A program made the translations under genes and the position numbers. The notes under the pieces are model-generated. The model saw nothing but the letters and a program-made list of their open reading frames with translations, did no database searches and was not told the origin of the DNA. A stretch of DNA of 20,000 nt from Nitrososphaeria archaeon (lineage in GTDB: Archaea > Thermoproteota > Nitrososphaeria > JACIWG01), in assembly GCA_050011875.1 (NCBI GenBank), contig JBEKIG010000015.1, positions 73,134-93,133 on the forward strand, given 5' to 3'. Shown here piece by piece: positions 8,884 to 18,440 of the stretch (position 1 is its first letter; each line of letters begins with the position of its first letter).

Positions 8884-9237
8884 TTAGCTCTCTAAAACTT
8901 CCTTTAACACTACAGCATTGTTGTGTTCAGTATCCTTAGCAGCATAGACCAGAGTCAGAGTTCCCTTCATCGAAATCTGCTTAAGTTTGTCCAACATATC
9001 ACCCTTTGCCTCCAACTGCTTTTTGTACTTCTGCTTAAACTCTAACCATTTAGCAGGATCGTGACCAAACCATTTAATCAGCTCAACAGTTGGAGCAATA
9101 TCCTTCATCCATTCCTCTACTCTTAGGGCTTCCGATGTCTTACCTCTAGGCCAAAACCTATCAATAAGAACCCTTATACCGTCCCTTGTCTCAGGCTCTC
9201 CGTAAGCTCTCTTAATCTTAACCACCGTAAAAGTCAA
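8884..9237 (-). CDS. DUF488 family protein
   Basis: 117 aa ORF: IKRAYGEPETRDGIRVLIDRFWPRGKTSEALRVEEWMKDIAPTVELIKWFGHDPAKWLEFKQKY, characteristic of this family. Confidence 0.9.
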   Translation of the reverse strand: MTFTVVKIKRAYGEPETRDGIRVLIDRFWPRGKTSEALRVEEWMKDIAPTVELIKWFGHDPAKWLEFKQKYKKQLEAKGDMLDKLKQISMKGTLTLVYAAKDTEHNNAVVLKEVLES

Positions 9238-9348
9238 TTAAATATAATGATAAAACATCTATAAATAGATTAGCATAACTATTCATATTTTTAATGATCT
9301 CATCAGAATAATTATTTTTTCATTAAAATCAATATCAATATAGATAAA

Positions 9349-9495
9349 GTGAAGGTTGTCGTGACTCAGTTCTATTGGAACGTTAGCTATGAATTACCAG
9401 TGGGGGTCCCAATCGAGTTCGATGTTACTTCTATGTTGTTTTCAGGCCCATTAATCTACGGTTTGGCCGCCGTTCTATCCCATAAAGAAGGATGA
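9349..9495 (+). pseudogene. Possible remnant of a cytochrome c oxidase subunit II-like (cupredoxin) gene
   Basis: Manual translation VKVVVTQFYWNVSYELPVGVPIEFDVTSMLFSGPLIYGLAAVLSHKEG*. QFYW...LPVGVPIEFDVTS resembles the QFYW..P.G.PV.F.VTS region of CoxII-like proteins, but the expected DVxHxF segment and Cu-binding C-terminus are missing. Confidence 0.35.
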
Positions 9496-9660
9496 TTGTT
9501 AAGAAAAACCTCTAAAAATGTCAATCAAGTCCATTACATAATGAAAAAAGAGATGCCAACAATTAACTTATGGTCATCAATAGAGAAAATGGAGTCTACT
9601 AAATCAAGATGTACAAAAGTAACTAAGCTCAATACAAGCAGGTGTGAAACAGAAGATCAT

Positions 9661-10662
9661 CTAAATTTTTAGAACCGCTGACCCCGTTATTGAACCCTGT
9701 TTCAAGTCTTGAAGTGCTCTATTGGCTTCCTCTAAGCTGTAAACATGTACGTCCGGTTTTATGTTAGCTTTGACCGCTTCCTTAAGATATTCTTTTACAT
9801 CATCCCTGGTAACGTTTGCCACCGACTTTATTTCCCTTTCAAGCCAAATGAGATTGTAGTCGAGTCTCTCAATTGGACTCATGTGAATCTCTCCGATCAC
9901 CACCCTCCCAGCCTTGTCCAACTTTTTCAGAGCTTCGATAACTATCCATCCTGCTGGTGCGAAGACTACTGCAGCATCCAATTTGACACCCGGATCATCT
10001 GTAGGCTGACCTATCCACTTAGCTCCAAGTTCCCTAGCGAGCTCCTGCCGAGAAGAGCCTCTGGTGAAAACGTATGTTTCTAAACCCTTCCCTATTGCAA
10101 CAGGAGTTATTAGGTGGGCTGCCGAGCCAAATCCGAATACGCCTAGTTTTCCTGACCCTCTATCGAGGAGCCCTGTGAGCTTTAGTGCCCTATATCCTAT
10201 GGCTCCTCCGCAGAGAAGAGGAGCGACGTGAGCGTCGTCGAACTCATTTGGAAGCTTGTGGACAAAACCGTCCCTAGCCAGCATGTATTCTGCGTATCCG
10301 CCGTTAACGCTGTACCCTGTAAAAAGTGCACGATCGCAGAGGTTTTCAAGCGAAGACCTACAGTACTTGCATGTTCCGCAGGACCAGTAAAGCCAGGGTA
10401 CGCCAACTCTCTCCCCTATATGTACGTCCGTCACCTTGGGTCCTGTATCTTCCACTGTTCCAACAGCCTGATGTCCGAGTATCAAGGGCATCTTTATCAC
10501 CTGCAGGTCTCCTTCCAATATATGTAGGTCTGTCCTACACACCGCACACGTGCTCACCTTTATGAGAACGTCATCGCCCTTTGGATCGGGTTTATCAACA
10601 TCCTCCATCTTCAAAGGCGACGTTTCAGCCGATGCCTGTTTGTAAAGAATAGCCGCATTCAT
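9661..10662 (-). CDS. Zinc-dependent alcohol dehydrogenase (medium-chain)
   Basis: GHQAVGTVEDTGPKVTDVHIGERVGVPWLYWSCGTCKYCRSSLENLC (catalytic and structural Zn motifs) and LGVFGFGSAAHL cofactor-binding region. Confidence 0.94.
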   Translation of the reverse strand: MNAAILYKQASAETSPLKMEDVDKPDPKGDDVLIKVSTCAVCRTDLHILEGDLQVIKMPLILGHQAVGTVEDTGPKVTDVHIGERVGVPWLYWSCGTCKYCRSSLENLCDRALFTGYSVNGGYAEYMLARDGFVHKLPNEFDDAHVAPLLCGGAIGYRALKLTGLLDRGSGKLGVFGFGSAAHLITPVAIGKGLETYVFTRGSSRQELARELGAKWIGQPTDDPGVKLDAAVVFAPAGWIVIEALKKLDKAGRVVIGEIHMSPIERLDYNLIWLEREIKSVANVTRDDVKEYLKEAVKANIKPDVHVYSLEEANRALQDLKQGSITGSAVLKI

Positions 10663-10876
10663 CGCATCAATAACCGATTATCTTACCCCTATTTTTGTTA
10701 TTAACCAGTCTGTAATTATTTAATTTTTTTGTGTATATAATTTCTCTTTAATAATATTTAAATCAAACTTTTTAAAATAAGTTAATAGTTTTTATTAAGA
10801 ATAATATCATATATTGTTAATTGGACTAGATTTAAAGAAAAACTTATTAGACAGAATTTTTTGTCTTTAATCAGTC

Positions 10877-11212
10877 ATGTCTAAGTACGTGCTCATAAGA
10901 AAAGAAGGTGGGGTTTTAATATCTAACCATAGACTGTCAGCACTTAATCCTGAGTCTAAAATATCAGATAGAATACTTCTAAAACCCAACACGACACCTT
11001 GTAAAGACGATTTAATTAGTCTGGCTATATTCGGATGCGGTATAAAAAATAATGGGCAAAAGTACCCGGAAGGTTATAGGTGTCCTGTTTCCACTAGGTC
11101 CTATAACTACCCGATGTCTATACAAGAAGCTAGATATAGAATACTACCCTATTGCAGAAGCTGCCCCCTCTGCCCTGTGAACTTGAGCGACTCCATGGAC
11201 AACAATTGCTAG
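10877..11212 (+). CDS. Hypothetical protein, Cys-rich C-terminus
   Basis: 111 aa ORF starting MSKYVLIRKEGG; C-terminal PYCRSCPLCPVNLS; upstream AT-rich/TATA-like region. No family recognised. Confidence 0.55.
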   Translation: MSKYVLIRKEGGVLISNHRLSALNPESKISDRILLKPNTTPCKDDLISLAIFGCGIKNNGQKYPEGYRCPVSTRSYNYPMSIQEARYRILPYCRSCPLCPVNLSDSMDNNC

Positions 11213-11293
11213 AGTTAAATATTCACCCTAATTGTAAGCCAAATACGCTCTAATGTAGAATGCTTTATTTATAGTTGTTCGGTCTGCACGTGC

Positions 11294-11845
11294 ATGGAAT
11301 CTTCTTCTCAAAGACCGGATAATTCTAATTTTGTTTACCAAGGAAAGAGAATCTCATTTAAAGTTACGAATATTAGCCTTCCAAATGGGAAAATTATTAG
11401 AAAGGAAATCGTTGAACACCCCGGTGCGGTTGTTATTTTACCGTTTTTAGATGACAAAATTGTTTTTTTAAAACAGTTCCGTGCATCTATTAATAATTGG
11501 ATCTACGAGCTTCCCGCAGGAACCTTAGACAAAAAAGGGGAAAGCTTAGAAGAGTGTGCTTTAAGGGAACTCAAAGAAGAAACAGGTTATGTCGCTGATA
11601 AAGCTACGGAGATGTTTAGAATGTACCCTTCACCGGGATTCAGCACCGAAATAATATACTCTTTTTTCACCGACAAGCTGAAGAAGGGTACTGCTTCTCC
11701 AGAAGAAACAGAAATTATACAGACAATCGTTCTACCATTCGAAGATGCATTAGAATTAATTAGAAAAGAAGCTGTAGTAGACGCTAAGACGATTGCAAGC
11801 TTATTTTATTACGATAGGTATCTCAGAACTTTAAAAGAAGTGTAA
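11294..11845 (+). CDS. NUDIX hydrolase (ADP-ribose pyrophosphatase-like)
   Basis: Complete Nudix box GTLDKKGESLEECALRELKEETGYV. Confidence 0.95.
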   Translation: MESSSQRPDNSNFVYQGKRISFKVTNISLPNGKIIRKEIVEHPGAVVILPFLDDKIVFLKQFRASINNWIYELPAGTLDKKGESLEECALRELKEETGYVADKATEMFRMYPSPGFSTEIIYSFFTDKLKKGTASPEETEIIQTIVLPFEDALELIRKEAVVDAKTIASLFYYDRYLRTLKEV

Positions 11846-12007
11846 ACAAAGGAATTGATGAACCTATTCTGTTATAATAAAATTATTTAACCCTCAAAGC
11901 TTTAAACAAGAGAACTGCTTACTCGCCTCATCTGCGCGAACTCTAATACATTGAAGAAACTTGAAACTTTACGTTACACTAACTGTATTGAAGCCCCTCT
12001 TCGTTTT

Positions 12008-12616
12008 TTATCTCCACAATTTTTCCTTTTTTTCCAAGGGTAGAATCTTCAGTTTTTGAACGTAATATTTCTGCAATTTGTTAATCTTTGGGGTTATGAT
12101 TATCCTGCAATAGGGTTGCTCAGGATGACGTTTGAAGTAGTCTCTGTGGTATTCCTCTGCTGCATAAAATGCCTTAAACGATTCAACCTGCGTTACTATC
12201 GGTGCACTGTAAGTTTTTTCTGAATCAAGCTCTTGTATGACCTGCCCTGCGATCGATTTCTGTTCATCGTTGTGGTAAAGTATGATTGAACGATACTGGG
12301 TTCCTACGTCGTTTCCTTGGCGGTTCGGTGTAGTAGGGTCATGTGTGGCAAAAAAAATATCTAAAATTTCTTTAAAGGATATTACGTCAGGATCAAACCT
12401 AACCTGTACAACTTCTGCGTGCCCCGTAGTACCAGACGATACCTGCTCGTAAGATGGATACTCCAGATTTCCACCAGAGTAACCCGATTCCACCTTTACC
12501 ACACCCTTTATCTCGTTGAAAACTGCCTCCATGCACCAGAAGCAGCCTCCGCCGAGTGTAACAACCTCTTCCCTTTGGGGTCCACTAATTTTTAGTTGTT
12601 CCGGGTTCATAATCAC
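12008..12616 (-). CDS. msrA: Peptide-methionine (S)-S-oxide reductase MsrA
   Basis: [28 protein letters not shown] active-site motif, then [55 protein letters not shown]. The second Met (12610) is an alternative start. Confidence 0.97.
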   Translation of the reverse strand: MIMNPEQLKISGPQREEVVTLGGGCFWCMEAVFNEIKGVVKVESGYSGGNLEYPSYEQVSSGTTGHAEVVQVRFDPDVISFKEILDIFFATHDPTTPNRQGNDVGTQYRSIILYHNDEQKSIAGQVIQELDSEKTYSAPIVTQVESFKAFYAAEEYHRDYFKRHPEQPYCRIIITPKINKLQKYYVQKLKILPLEKKEKLWR

Positions 12617-12906
12617 ACCTCTTTTTTTTACAAGGGTAAGGTAGTCTAATCTTCTTTATCTAGTTTTAGGTTTTTCCAGCTGAATTATGTTCTCCCCTAT
12701 CCTGCCAACATACTATAGTAAACTGGCAATTTCATGAAAACTTCCGATCATTTTGGCCTTGACCGGCATCCCTTTCTGACACTACTTCGTCTTCTGCTTT
12801 TGAGGGCGAACTTAATTTTTTGTGTCCCTAACACTTAGAGTATTGAACCCTACATAATATTTTTCATAGCATTATATGTTCATGGCTGGGAAATATATTG
12901 AAAGCA

Positions 12907-14127
12907 TTATTCCACATTCGGCTTAGGACCAGTGTTTTTGACCTGAGCGACTAAAACGATTATTCCTGTTGCACCAAGAACTCCCATAAGAATAAAGGCA
13001 GGCAGAAAAGAAGAATAGATATCAATCATGTAGCCCATAATGGCTACCCATAAGGAATAAGCTGAAAAGAGGCAAGTAAAATAGATTCCTACAGCCAAAT
13101 CTCTTGAAGATTTTGCTGTTATCTGAATCAGATGAGATTGGGCAAGGGTTGTGAAAGAGAAACAGAAGAAGCCCAATAAGAAGAGATGGACTGCTAAAAC
13201 CAAATTAGCTGAGGAATAAAAGGAGAGAAGTACGACACTAGTGACTGCAGCGGTCGTAGAAAATACAGCGGTCTTAATGTATCCACGTTTAGCTCCAATC
13301 CTTCCGAGGATAAGGGGCCCAAATATTCCTCCTGAAAGTTCGATCGTATAAAAGATGCCGCTTCCAACGGTATTTAATTTTAGGACGCTAGTGAGAAATA
13401 TGGGGGTGTAAGTTGTTAGGAGGTTTATGTCTATCGCTCCTGCGAAAAGAATCTGCGCTAAGAGTAGCGATAAGACTCCCTTCGTTTTCAAAATCCCGAC
13501 AACGTCGGACTTTAAGGAAGTAGTGTTACTTTCCTTGCCGTAAGTCATCTTTTTGCCTTCACTCAGGTACCAGATCATCGTTATGCCTACAATCAAGCAG
13601 GGAACAGAGAAAACAAATAATGAAACCCTCCAGTTAAATGCAACAGCCAGAAAGGTCATAAGTAGTGGTCCTATGATGTTACCGATGTAAGCTAGCCCGT
13701 AGTGAATGCCTATCGCCCAACCAATTTTTTCGTCTTCAAACTTGCCAGAAATAATAGCAGTTCCCATTGGATGTGTTGGCGAGGTTCCAACATTCGATAA
13801 CGTCCTAGCACCTAGGAAATCCAAAATACCATGTGAAATCCCTGTTAGGAAAGTTCCAACAGACAAGAGAATGTTTCCAACTCCAAGAATGACATGTCTA
13901 GCCACCCTTCTACTGATAATGCTTGGAACCAGCTGGAAAAGGCCACCGATAAATGTAGACAGGGCTACAGCAAGCCCGAATTCGGCGTAACTGAGTTTCA
14001 GTTCAGAAATTATTAGAGGGAAAAGGACGGATGTGCCCAAGAAAATATGCTGCATCATATGTGACACCGTTACGATGGCCAGCGTGCTGTTTGCAGATCT
14101 AGTCTTCTGCTTATTACCAGCCTTCAA
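12907..14127 (-). CDS. Major facilitator superfamily transporter
   Basis: 406 aa, many hydrophobic segments; repeated MFS half structure (LGARTLSNVGTSPTHPMGTAIISGKF, GPLILGRIGAKRGYIKTAV). Confidence 0.88.
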   Translation of the reverse strand: MKAGNKQKTRSANSTLAIVTVSHMMQHIFLGTSVLFPLIISELKLSYAEFGLAVALSTFIGGLFQLVPSIISRRVARHVILGVGNILLSVGTFLTGISHGILDFLGARTLSNVGTSPTHPMGTAIISGKFEDEKIGWAIGIHYGLAYIGNIIGPLLMTFLAVAFNWRVSLFVFSVPCLIVGITMIWYLSEGKKMTYGKESNTTSLKSDVVGILKTKGVLSLLLAQILFAGAIDINLLTTYTPIFLTSVLKLNTVGSGIFYTIELSGGIFGPLILGRIGAKRGYIKTAVFSTTAAVTSVVLLSFYSSANLVLAVHLFLLGFFCFSFTTLAQSHLIQITAKSSRDLAVGIYFTCLFSAYSLWVAIMGYMIDIYSSFLPAFILMGVLGATGIIVLVAQVKNTGPKPNVE

Positions 14128-14277
14128 TCTTCGTCATAAACCACCCAGAAAATACACAGATAAAGATTATTGATTAAAAAGGTCAAGCAGGCCTTTACAC
14201 CAGAACAAAAAATGCAGAGGTGCCTGTCCAGTTAGCGTGATAACCGTCACAGAAATTTAACGATTTTAAAACTCCAA

Positions 14278-15537
14278 CTAGTCTTCCCAGTCCAGAAGCC
14301 TTTTTTGCCCCTCTAACTTTTTAATGTCCGTCAAATCCTGCGTCACTTCTAAGGTCCCCAAGTATTTCCCATTCTTATCCCTTATAGCGAAGTACCTGAT
14401 ATGAACTAGTCGATCGTTCATTTGGATCCAAAATTCAGCAACATCCTTCTTGCCAGTCTTAAAAGATTCTAGGATCCGATTCACTATGTGAACACTTTTC
14501 TGAGGATGACATAACTGTACTTTTCTTCCGATAACGGCCTTAGTTCGCAGGAAGATCCTCTTCTCTGCCTTGTTGAAGTATCTTACCGTGTCGTTTTTGT
14601 CAATGAATGTGAGGTCTATTGGAAGAGAGTCCAAGACGGCCCCTATCTCCTTCTCTGATAGGCTACCGTTTTCAAACCGCAGAATGCCCTCGATTGCGGG
14701 TGTAATTTTAGTTTCTTCAATATGAGGCTTTCCTATTAACTGCTGCGGAGTAAAACAGCAGTAACCGATGTCATCAAACTCCCTTCTAGCTTCTTCCCAT
14801 TCTGCCTCTGTAACCATTTTTACCGTCGTTGGAAAAAGCACACTATTCTCCTTGAAAAAGTGGCTTGAGACGATTTCGCAGAGGGGTTTAACTATTTGGA
14901 TTATTTGTTTCTTGAAGTACTGAAAGTCCATGGTCTCCACCGTATATTTGTAGTAGAGTGTACTCCATTTTTCGAGAAAATTAAAGAACTGCTTCTCCTT
15001 CTCCCTTATTTTCACGTGTTCCATCCACATTATCGCAGGCGGCTCCGTAATCCCATGCTTTTCCAGAAGAGGGAAAAGCACGTTTTCCTCTCTCAAAAAG
15101 TGTTTGTCTGAGTCCCGAAAATCCTTTGCTATGTCCTGCATCTCCTTTAACGCTTCACCAACATGGATCATGTCGCATCTTTCACATGCCTGCTCGGTTT
15201 CACTCACTAAACCTTGCAGCCTTTTTAGCCGTTCCAATAAAATTTTATGTTCTTCCATCAAGATGTTAATCGGATGGCCGGAAGGAACCTGAAGCTGATT
15301 TTTTTCCAGGCGTTCGGCAAAAACGGTCATATGAACATCGCAAAGGCTTTGGAGCTGTTCCCTCGGAATTCCCTCTTGGACAAGCTCCTGTTCGATCTTC
15401 GCGATATCTTCAGGGTTCACGTCCTCCAAAGCCTGTTTGAACTTTTCTTTGACTTCCTGCGGCGATGCCCCGCTGTGTAGCTGCCTGATCACTTCTTTCA
15501 ATATTTTCTTCTTGGTTTCAAGAGAGTCTTTTGGCAT
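14278..15537 (-). CDS. DUF438 / hemerythrin HHE / PAS domain protein
   Basis: N-terminal DUF438-like region; HHE-like region (EEHKILLERLKRL...DKHFLREENVLFPLLEKHG...WMEHVKIR...HFFKENSVLFP); C-terminal PAS-like DNDTVRYFNKAEKRIFLRTKAVIGRKVQLCHPQKSVHIVNRILESF. Confidence 0.92.
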   Translation of the reverse strand: MPKDSLETKKKILKEVIRQLHSGASPQEVKEKFKQALEDVNPEDIAKIEQELVQEGIPREQLQSLCDVHMTVFAERLEKNQLQVPSGHPINILMEEHKILLERLKRLQGLVSETEQACERCDMIHVGEALKEMQDIAKDFRDSDKHFLREENVLFPLLEKHGITEPPAIMWMEHVKIREKEKQFFNFLEKWSTLYYKYTVETMDFQYFKKQIIQIVKPLCEIVSSHFFKENSVLFPTTVKMVTEAEWEEARREFDDIGYCCFTPQQLIGKPHIEETKITPAIEGILRFENGSLSEKEIGAVLDSLPIDLTFIDKNDTVRYFNKAEKRIFLRTKAVIGRKVQLCHPQKSVHIVNRILESFKTGKKDVAEFWIQMNDRLVHIRYFAIRDKNGKYLGTLEVTQDLTDIKKLEGQKRLLDWED

Positions 15538-15628
15538 CTTTCCTCTTCCATCACTAAAATAAGAATTACACTTAGATAAATGATTTTATTGTCTTCCTTA
15601 CAATTCTGAACTTTAATCTAAAACGAAG

Positions 15629-15703
15629 TGGACCGAGCGGGATTTGAACCCGCGATCTCTCGCGTGCGAGGCGAGCGTAGCTACCGAACTGTACTATCGG
15701 CCC
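15629..15703 (-). tRNA. tRNA-Ala(CGC)
   Basis: Acceptor gggccga/tcggtcc with the G3:U70 alanine identity pair, a73; anticodon arm ctcgc-ctCGCac-gcgag; T arm gcggg-ttcaaat-cccgc. Confidence 0.95.
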
Positions 15704-16073
15704 ACGTTTTCTCGGCATACGGTAATGTTATCTTCATCCCTTGTAGGTCGGTTTGCCCGTCAAACTACCGTATCCCTTTAAGCCACTCTAGCAATGAATA
15801 GGTACTTTAAATTAACTTTTCTAAAATCTACGATAAAATAAGAGGGCCATGAATATGATTACTTCCGATTTTTTCTTGAACGGCATAAACTAAGGAATCT
15901 ACAAGAGAATAGGTATTCTATTTGACTACGAACTCAGGAGAATCGTTCATAGCGCGCTCAAAGTTCAATGCACAACCACCGGAAGGCTGTTAACCTAAGA
16001 ACATAAACTTATGTTTACAATATTACTATGTACTTAATGGCTTTTAGGAAAGTTAATTGAGCCCAAAAATAAG

Positions 16074-16147
16074 TGCCGAGGGCCGGGTTTGAACCGGCGA
16101 CGGCTCGGTCTTCAGCCGAGTGCTCTCCCAGGCTGAGCTACCTCGGC
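16074..16147 (-). tRNA. tRNA-Phe(GAA)
   Basis: Acceptor gccgagg/cctcggc, D arm gctc/gagc, anticodon arm ctcgg-ctGAAga-ccgag, T arm gccgg-ttcaaac-ccggc. Confidence 0.96.
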
Positions 16148-16250
16148 AGCTCTAGCCAAGTCATGTTCCTTAACAAGATGTTATAACTTTTATGGCCTTG
16201 AATGGCTCTTAGAAGTAGAACTAAAACATGACCGCTGATTTTAAATTTCT

Positions 16251-16865
16251 TTACAGTACTGCCCTTAATGTGTCAAGCTCAAATTTGGTGTTTGCACAAC
16301 CGTTCTTCGTTAAAGGTATCCCTTGCCCAGAAATTTTTAACGCATCTAAGGGGGACGTGGACATCTTCAGTTCTTGGCTGCAGGCCACTCCTATCATACC
16401 ATCATATCCTCTTTCCTTCAGTATTTTTGGTATGCATGATCCACCCGGAACAACAAATACATCATACATTTTACTTCTCGCAATCTTTGTAGCCTGATTT
16501 ACAAGACAGTCCTCCGAACAGGAGTTACACATGTAGGCTGGTATTGCTGGATCAAAGGTAGCCTTACATCTTCCATCCATATACTTCCTTGAACAATGGG
16601 GCAAAAAGACGGCCCTCCTGTTGGTAGACTGGAATGAAGGCTGGTATTCAACGTTCTTAGCGTACACCGTTATAAGGTCTTCAACAAGTGTTATCGCATC
16701 CCCGAAATCTACGCCGGTAAGTTCATTTATCTTGAATTTTTTAACCAGCGTTTTAGCCCGTGTGCCAAGCTTTGCATGAACATTACCCTTGTAAGCGACG
16801 AGCACCAATTCCTTGAAGAAAGTTTTTGGAATTCTGTTTAGATCAAAGTTGAATTCGTATGGCAT
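16251..16865 (-). CDS. DUF116 family protein
   Basis: ORF track gives 16251..16922; the internal Met (MPYEFNFDLNRIPKTFFKE) at 16865 is a likely start. Conserved LPHCSRKYMDGRCKA...CSEDCLVNQATKIA...VFVVPGGSCIPKILKERGYDGMIGVACSQELK. Confidence 0.85.
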   Translation of the reverse strand: MPYEFNFDLNRIPKTFFKELVLVAYKGNVHAKLGTRAKTLVKKFKINELTGVDFGDAITLVEDLITVYAKNVEYQPSFQSTNRRAVFLPHCSRKYMDGRCKATFDPAIPAYMCNSCSEDCLVNQATKIARSKMYDVFVVPGGSCIPKILKERGYDGMIGVACSQELKMSTSPLDALKISGQGIPLTKNGCANTKFELDTLRAVL

Positions 16866-16987
16866 TACGTTATTGCCACTTAAGGATGGTATATATAATT
16901 TTAAACACTCGATTAAGCCCAAAACGTGAAGTTCTTATGAATTTTTACTATGAGTTAAGGATACTAATTTTTGCAGATGATTTAGGA

Positions 16988-17062
16988 TGCGACCGCCGGG
17001 ATTTGAACCCGGGTCAGAAGCGTGGCAGGCTCCCGTCCTAGACCAGACTAGACTACAGTCGC
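16988..17062 (-). tRNA. tRNA-Gly(GCC)
   Basis: Acceptor gcgactg/cggtcgc, anticodon arm ggagc-ctGCCac-gcttc, T arm ccggg-ttcaaat-cccgg, a73. Confidence 0.95.
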
Positions 17063-17275
17063 ATTTGTCCCTAGTTTCTTATTTTTCCTCGCTTTAGACA
17101 ACATTGTTGGCCTATGACTCACTTTAAATATTTTTCTGCAAAATTTTTTACATTAGTTATTCTGTTACGTGGTATTGAAATAGTTAAGCTCTATTAATTA
17201 AAGTTGTGAAGGCAATAGATTTATTAACAATAATATAGCTGCTGTTATGCTTTTATCGAATGAGTCGCTGAATAT

Positions 17276-17421
17276 TTATTCGATTCCTATCCGAGACTTA
17301 AGTGCGAGCAATTTATCTGCACCGAGGACTTCCTTTGCTAGTTTACTTATAGCTCGGAAAGCTTCTGGAGGTTTAGCGTTTTTTATATCGTTAGTAACTT
17401 GATCTGATCATTCAAATTCAT
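17276..17421 (-). other. Short coding-like stretch, possible frameshifted small gene
   Basis: Minus-strand frame ending at a TAA (17276-17278) reads SDQVTNDIKNAKPPEAFRAISKLAKEVLGADKLLALKSRIGIE*. The only nearby ATG (17419-17421, MNLNDQIK...) is in a different frame. Confidence 0.25.
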
Positions 17422-17600
17422 GGCGGGAAACTTGTTGAGGTACAACTATATTGTTGAAATAGTTATTTATATAAATACTCGTACGGGGAATAAAGGAATA
17501 GTATTTTAGACTCAATCGTGTTTAATTTGGTAAAGTAAATGATTAAAAATAGTAAAATCTATTAAGTATTTTAGACCGCCTATAAGTTATAAAGCGCTAT

Positions 17601-17675
17601 GGGCCGGTAGTACAGGTTGGTAGTTATGCTCCCTTGGCATGGGAGAGGTCGTGGGTTCGAGTCCCACCCGGTCCA
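17601..17675 (+). tRNA. tRNA-Ala(GGC)
   Basis: Acceptor gggccgg/ccggtcc with G3:U70, anticodon arm ctccc-ttGGCat-gggag, T arm gtggg-ttcgagt-cccac, a73. Confidence 0.95.
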
Positions 17676-18440
17676 CTTCCGTTTAGTTTTATATTAGATT
17701 GACAAGTGAGAAACTAATATTATTCAGGTATACTCTTATCAAATATTCGATAACAACAGCGCGGAATACCTTACATTGGGATAAAGTAATTGCTTTAGGG
17801 TTCATAGTTAAAACGGCTTGGTAACTAATTGAACTATATCTATCCCGATTCTACGACATCTATAAATGTTCAAAAAGTACATTTAACGACTTTTATGATT
17901 AAAGAAACTTTATTGAATCATTATTATTGCTATGCCTAATGTCTGTATTAACCCTTGGAGGAATACTTAATGTCATTAATAATCTATTATTATTTTGCTT
18001 ATTTACCAAATTATTTGAAATAAAATCATAATACTCAGAAAATTAATTTGGCTCGAATTTATAAGTTGAGAAATGAAAAAATTTGCCGAGTAACGGATAA
18101 TTACAGCGATATTAGGGTAAGTTGATTATCTTAACAATGGGAATGAGATAAATTTCGCTAGACGGCTTCAATTTACATAGTAAAAAAATGTTTCTCAGAA
18201 AAAGATTTGAACACATTCAGTAAAATCGTACGTTCATGTATTTAGATTCGAACAGAACCAAATAGATTGGACAATGCTATCATCCGATAAACGATGGAGA
18301 TTTCTATTAAATGGCCTTTTATCAATTTTTTAAATTAGCATTAATCGAGGAACACTTATCTAAACTGATTCACATCTTGCTTCATAAAAAGATAAATTTT
18401 ACCGTTAGTTTAAGTCCAAGCGGAGTAAAATGACCTGAAT

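Noticed and set aside
8579-8895. ORFs 8579..8761 (minus) and 8707..8895 (plus)
   Set aside because: They translate the intron-containing tRNA-Trp and its flank (e.g. GLVGLEPTAYGF is the typical false product of a tRNA region).
9745-10565. Plus- and minus-strand ORFs inside the alcohol dehydrogenase
   Set aside because: Out-of-frame shadows of a well-supported dehydrogenase gene.
12617-12906. Short minus-strand peptides such as MPVKAKMIGSFHEIASLL and GHKKLSSPSKAEDEVVSERDAGQGQNDRKFS
   Set aside because: Very short, in different frames, no recognised family; not enough to support a pseudogene call.
17699-17824. TTG-started short frame LTSEKLILFRYTLIKYSITTARNTLHWDKVIALGFIVKTAW
   Set aside because: Only about 41 codons, no strong start or family match; likely chance in AT-rich DNA (coordinates approximate).
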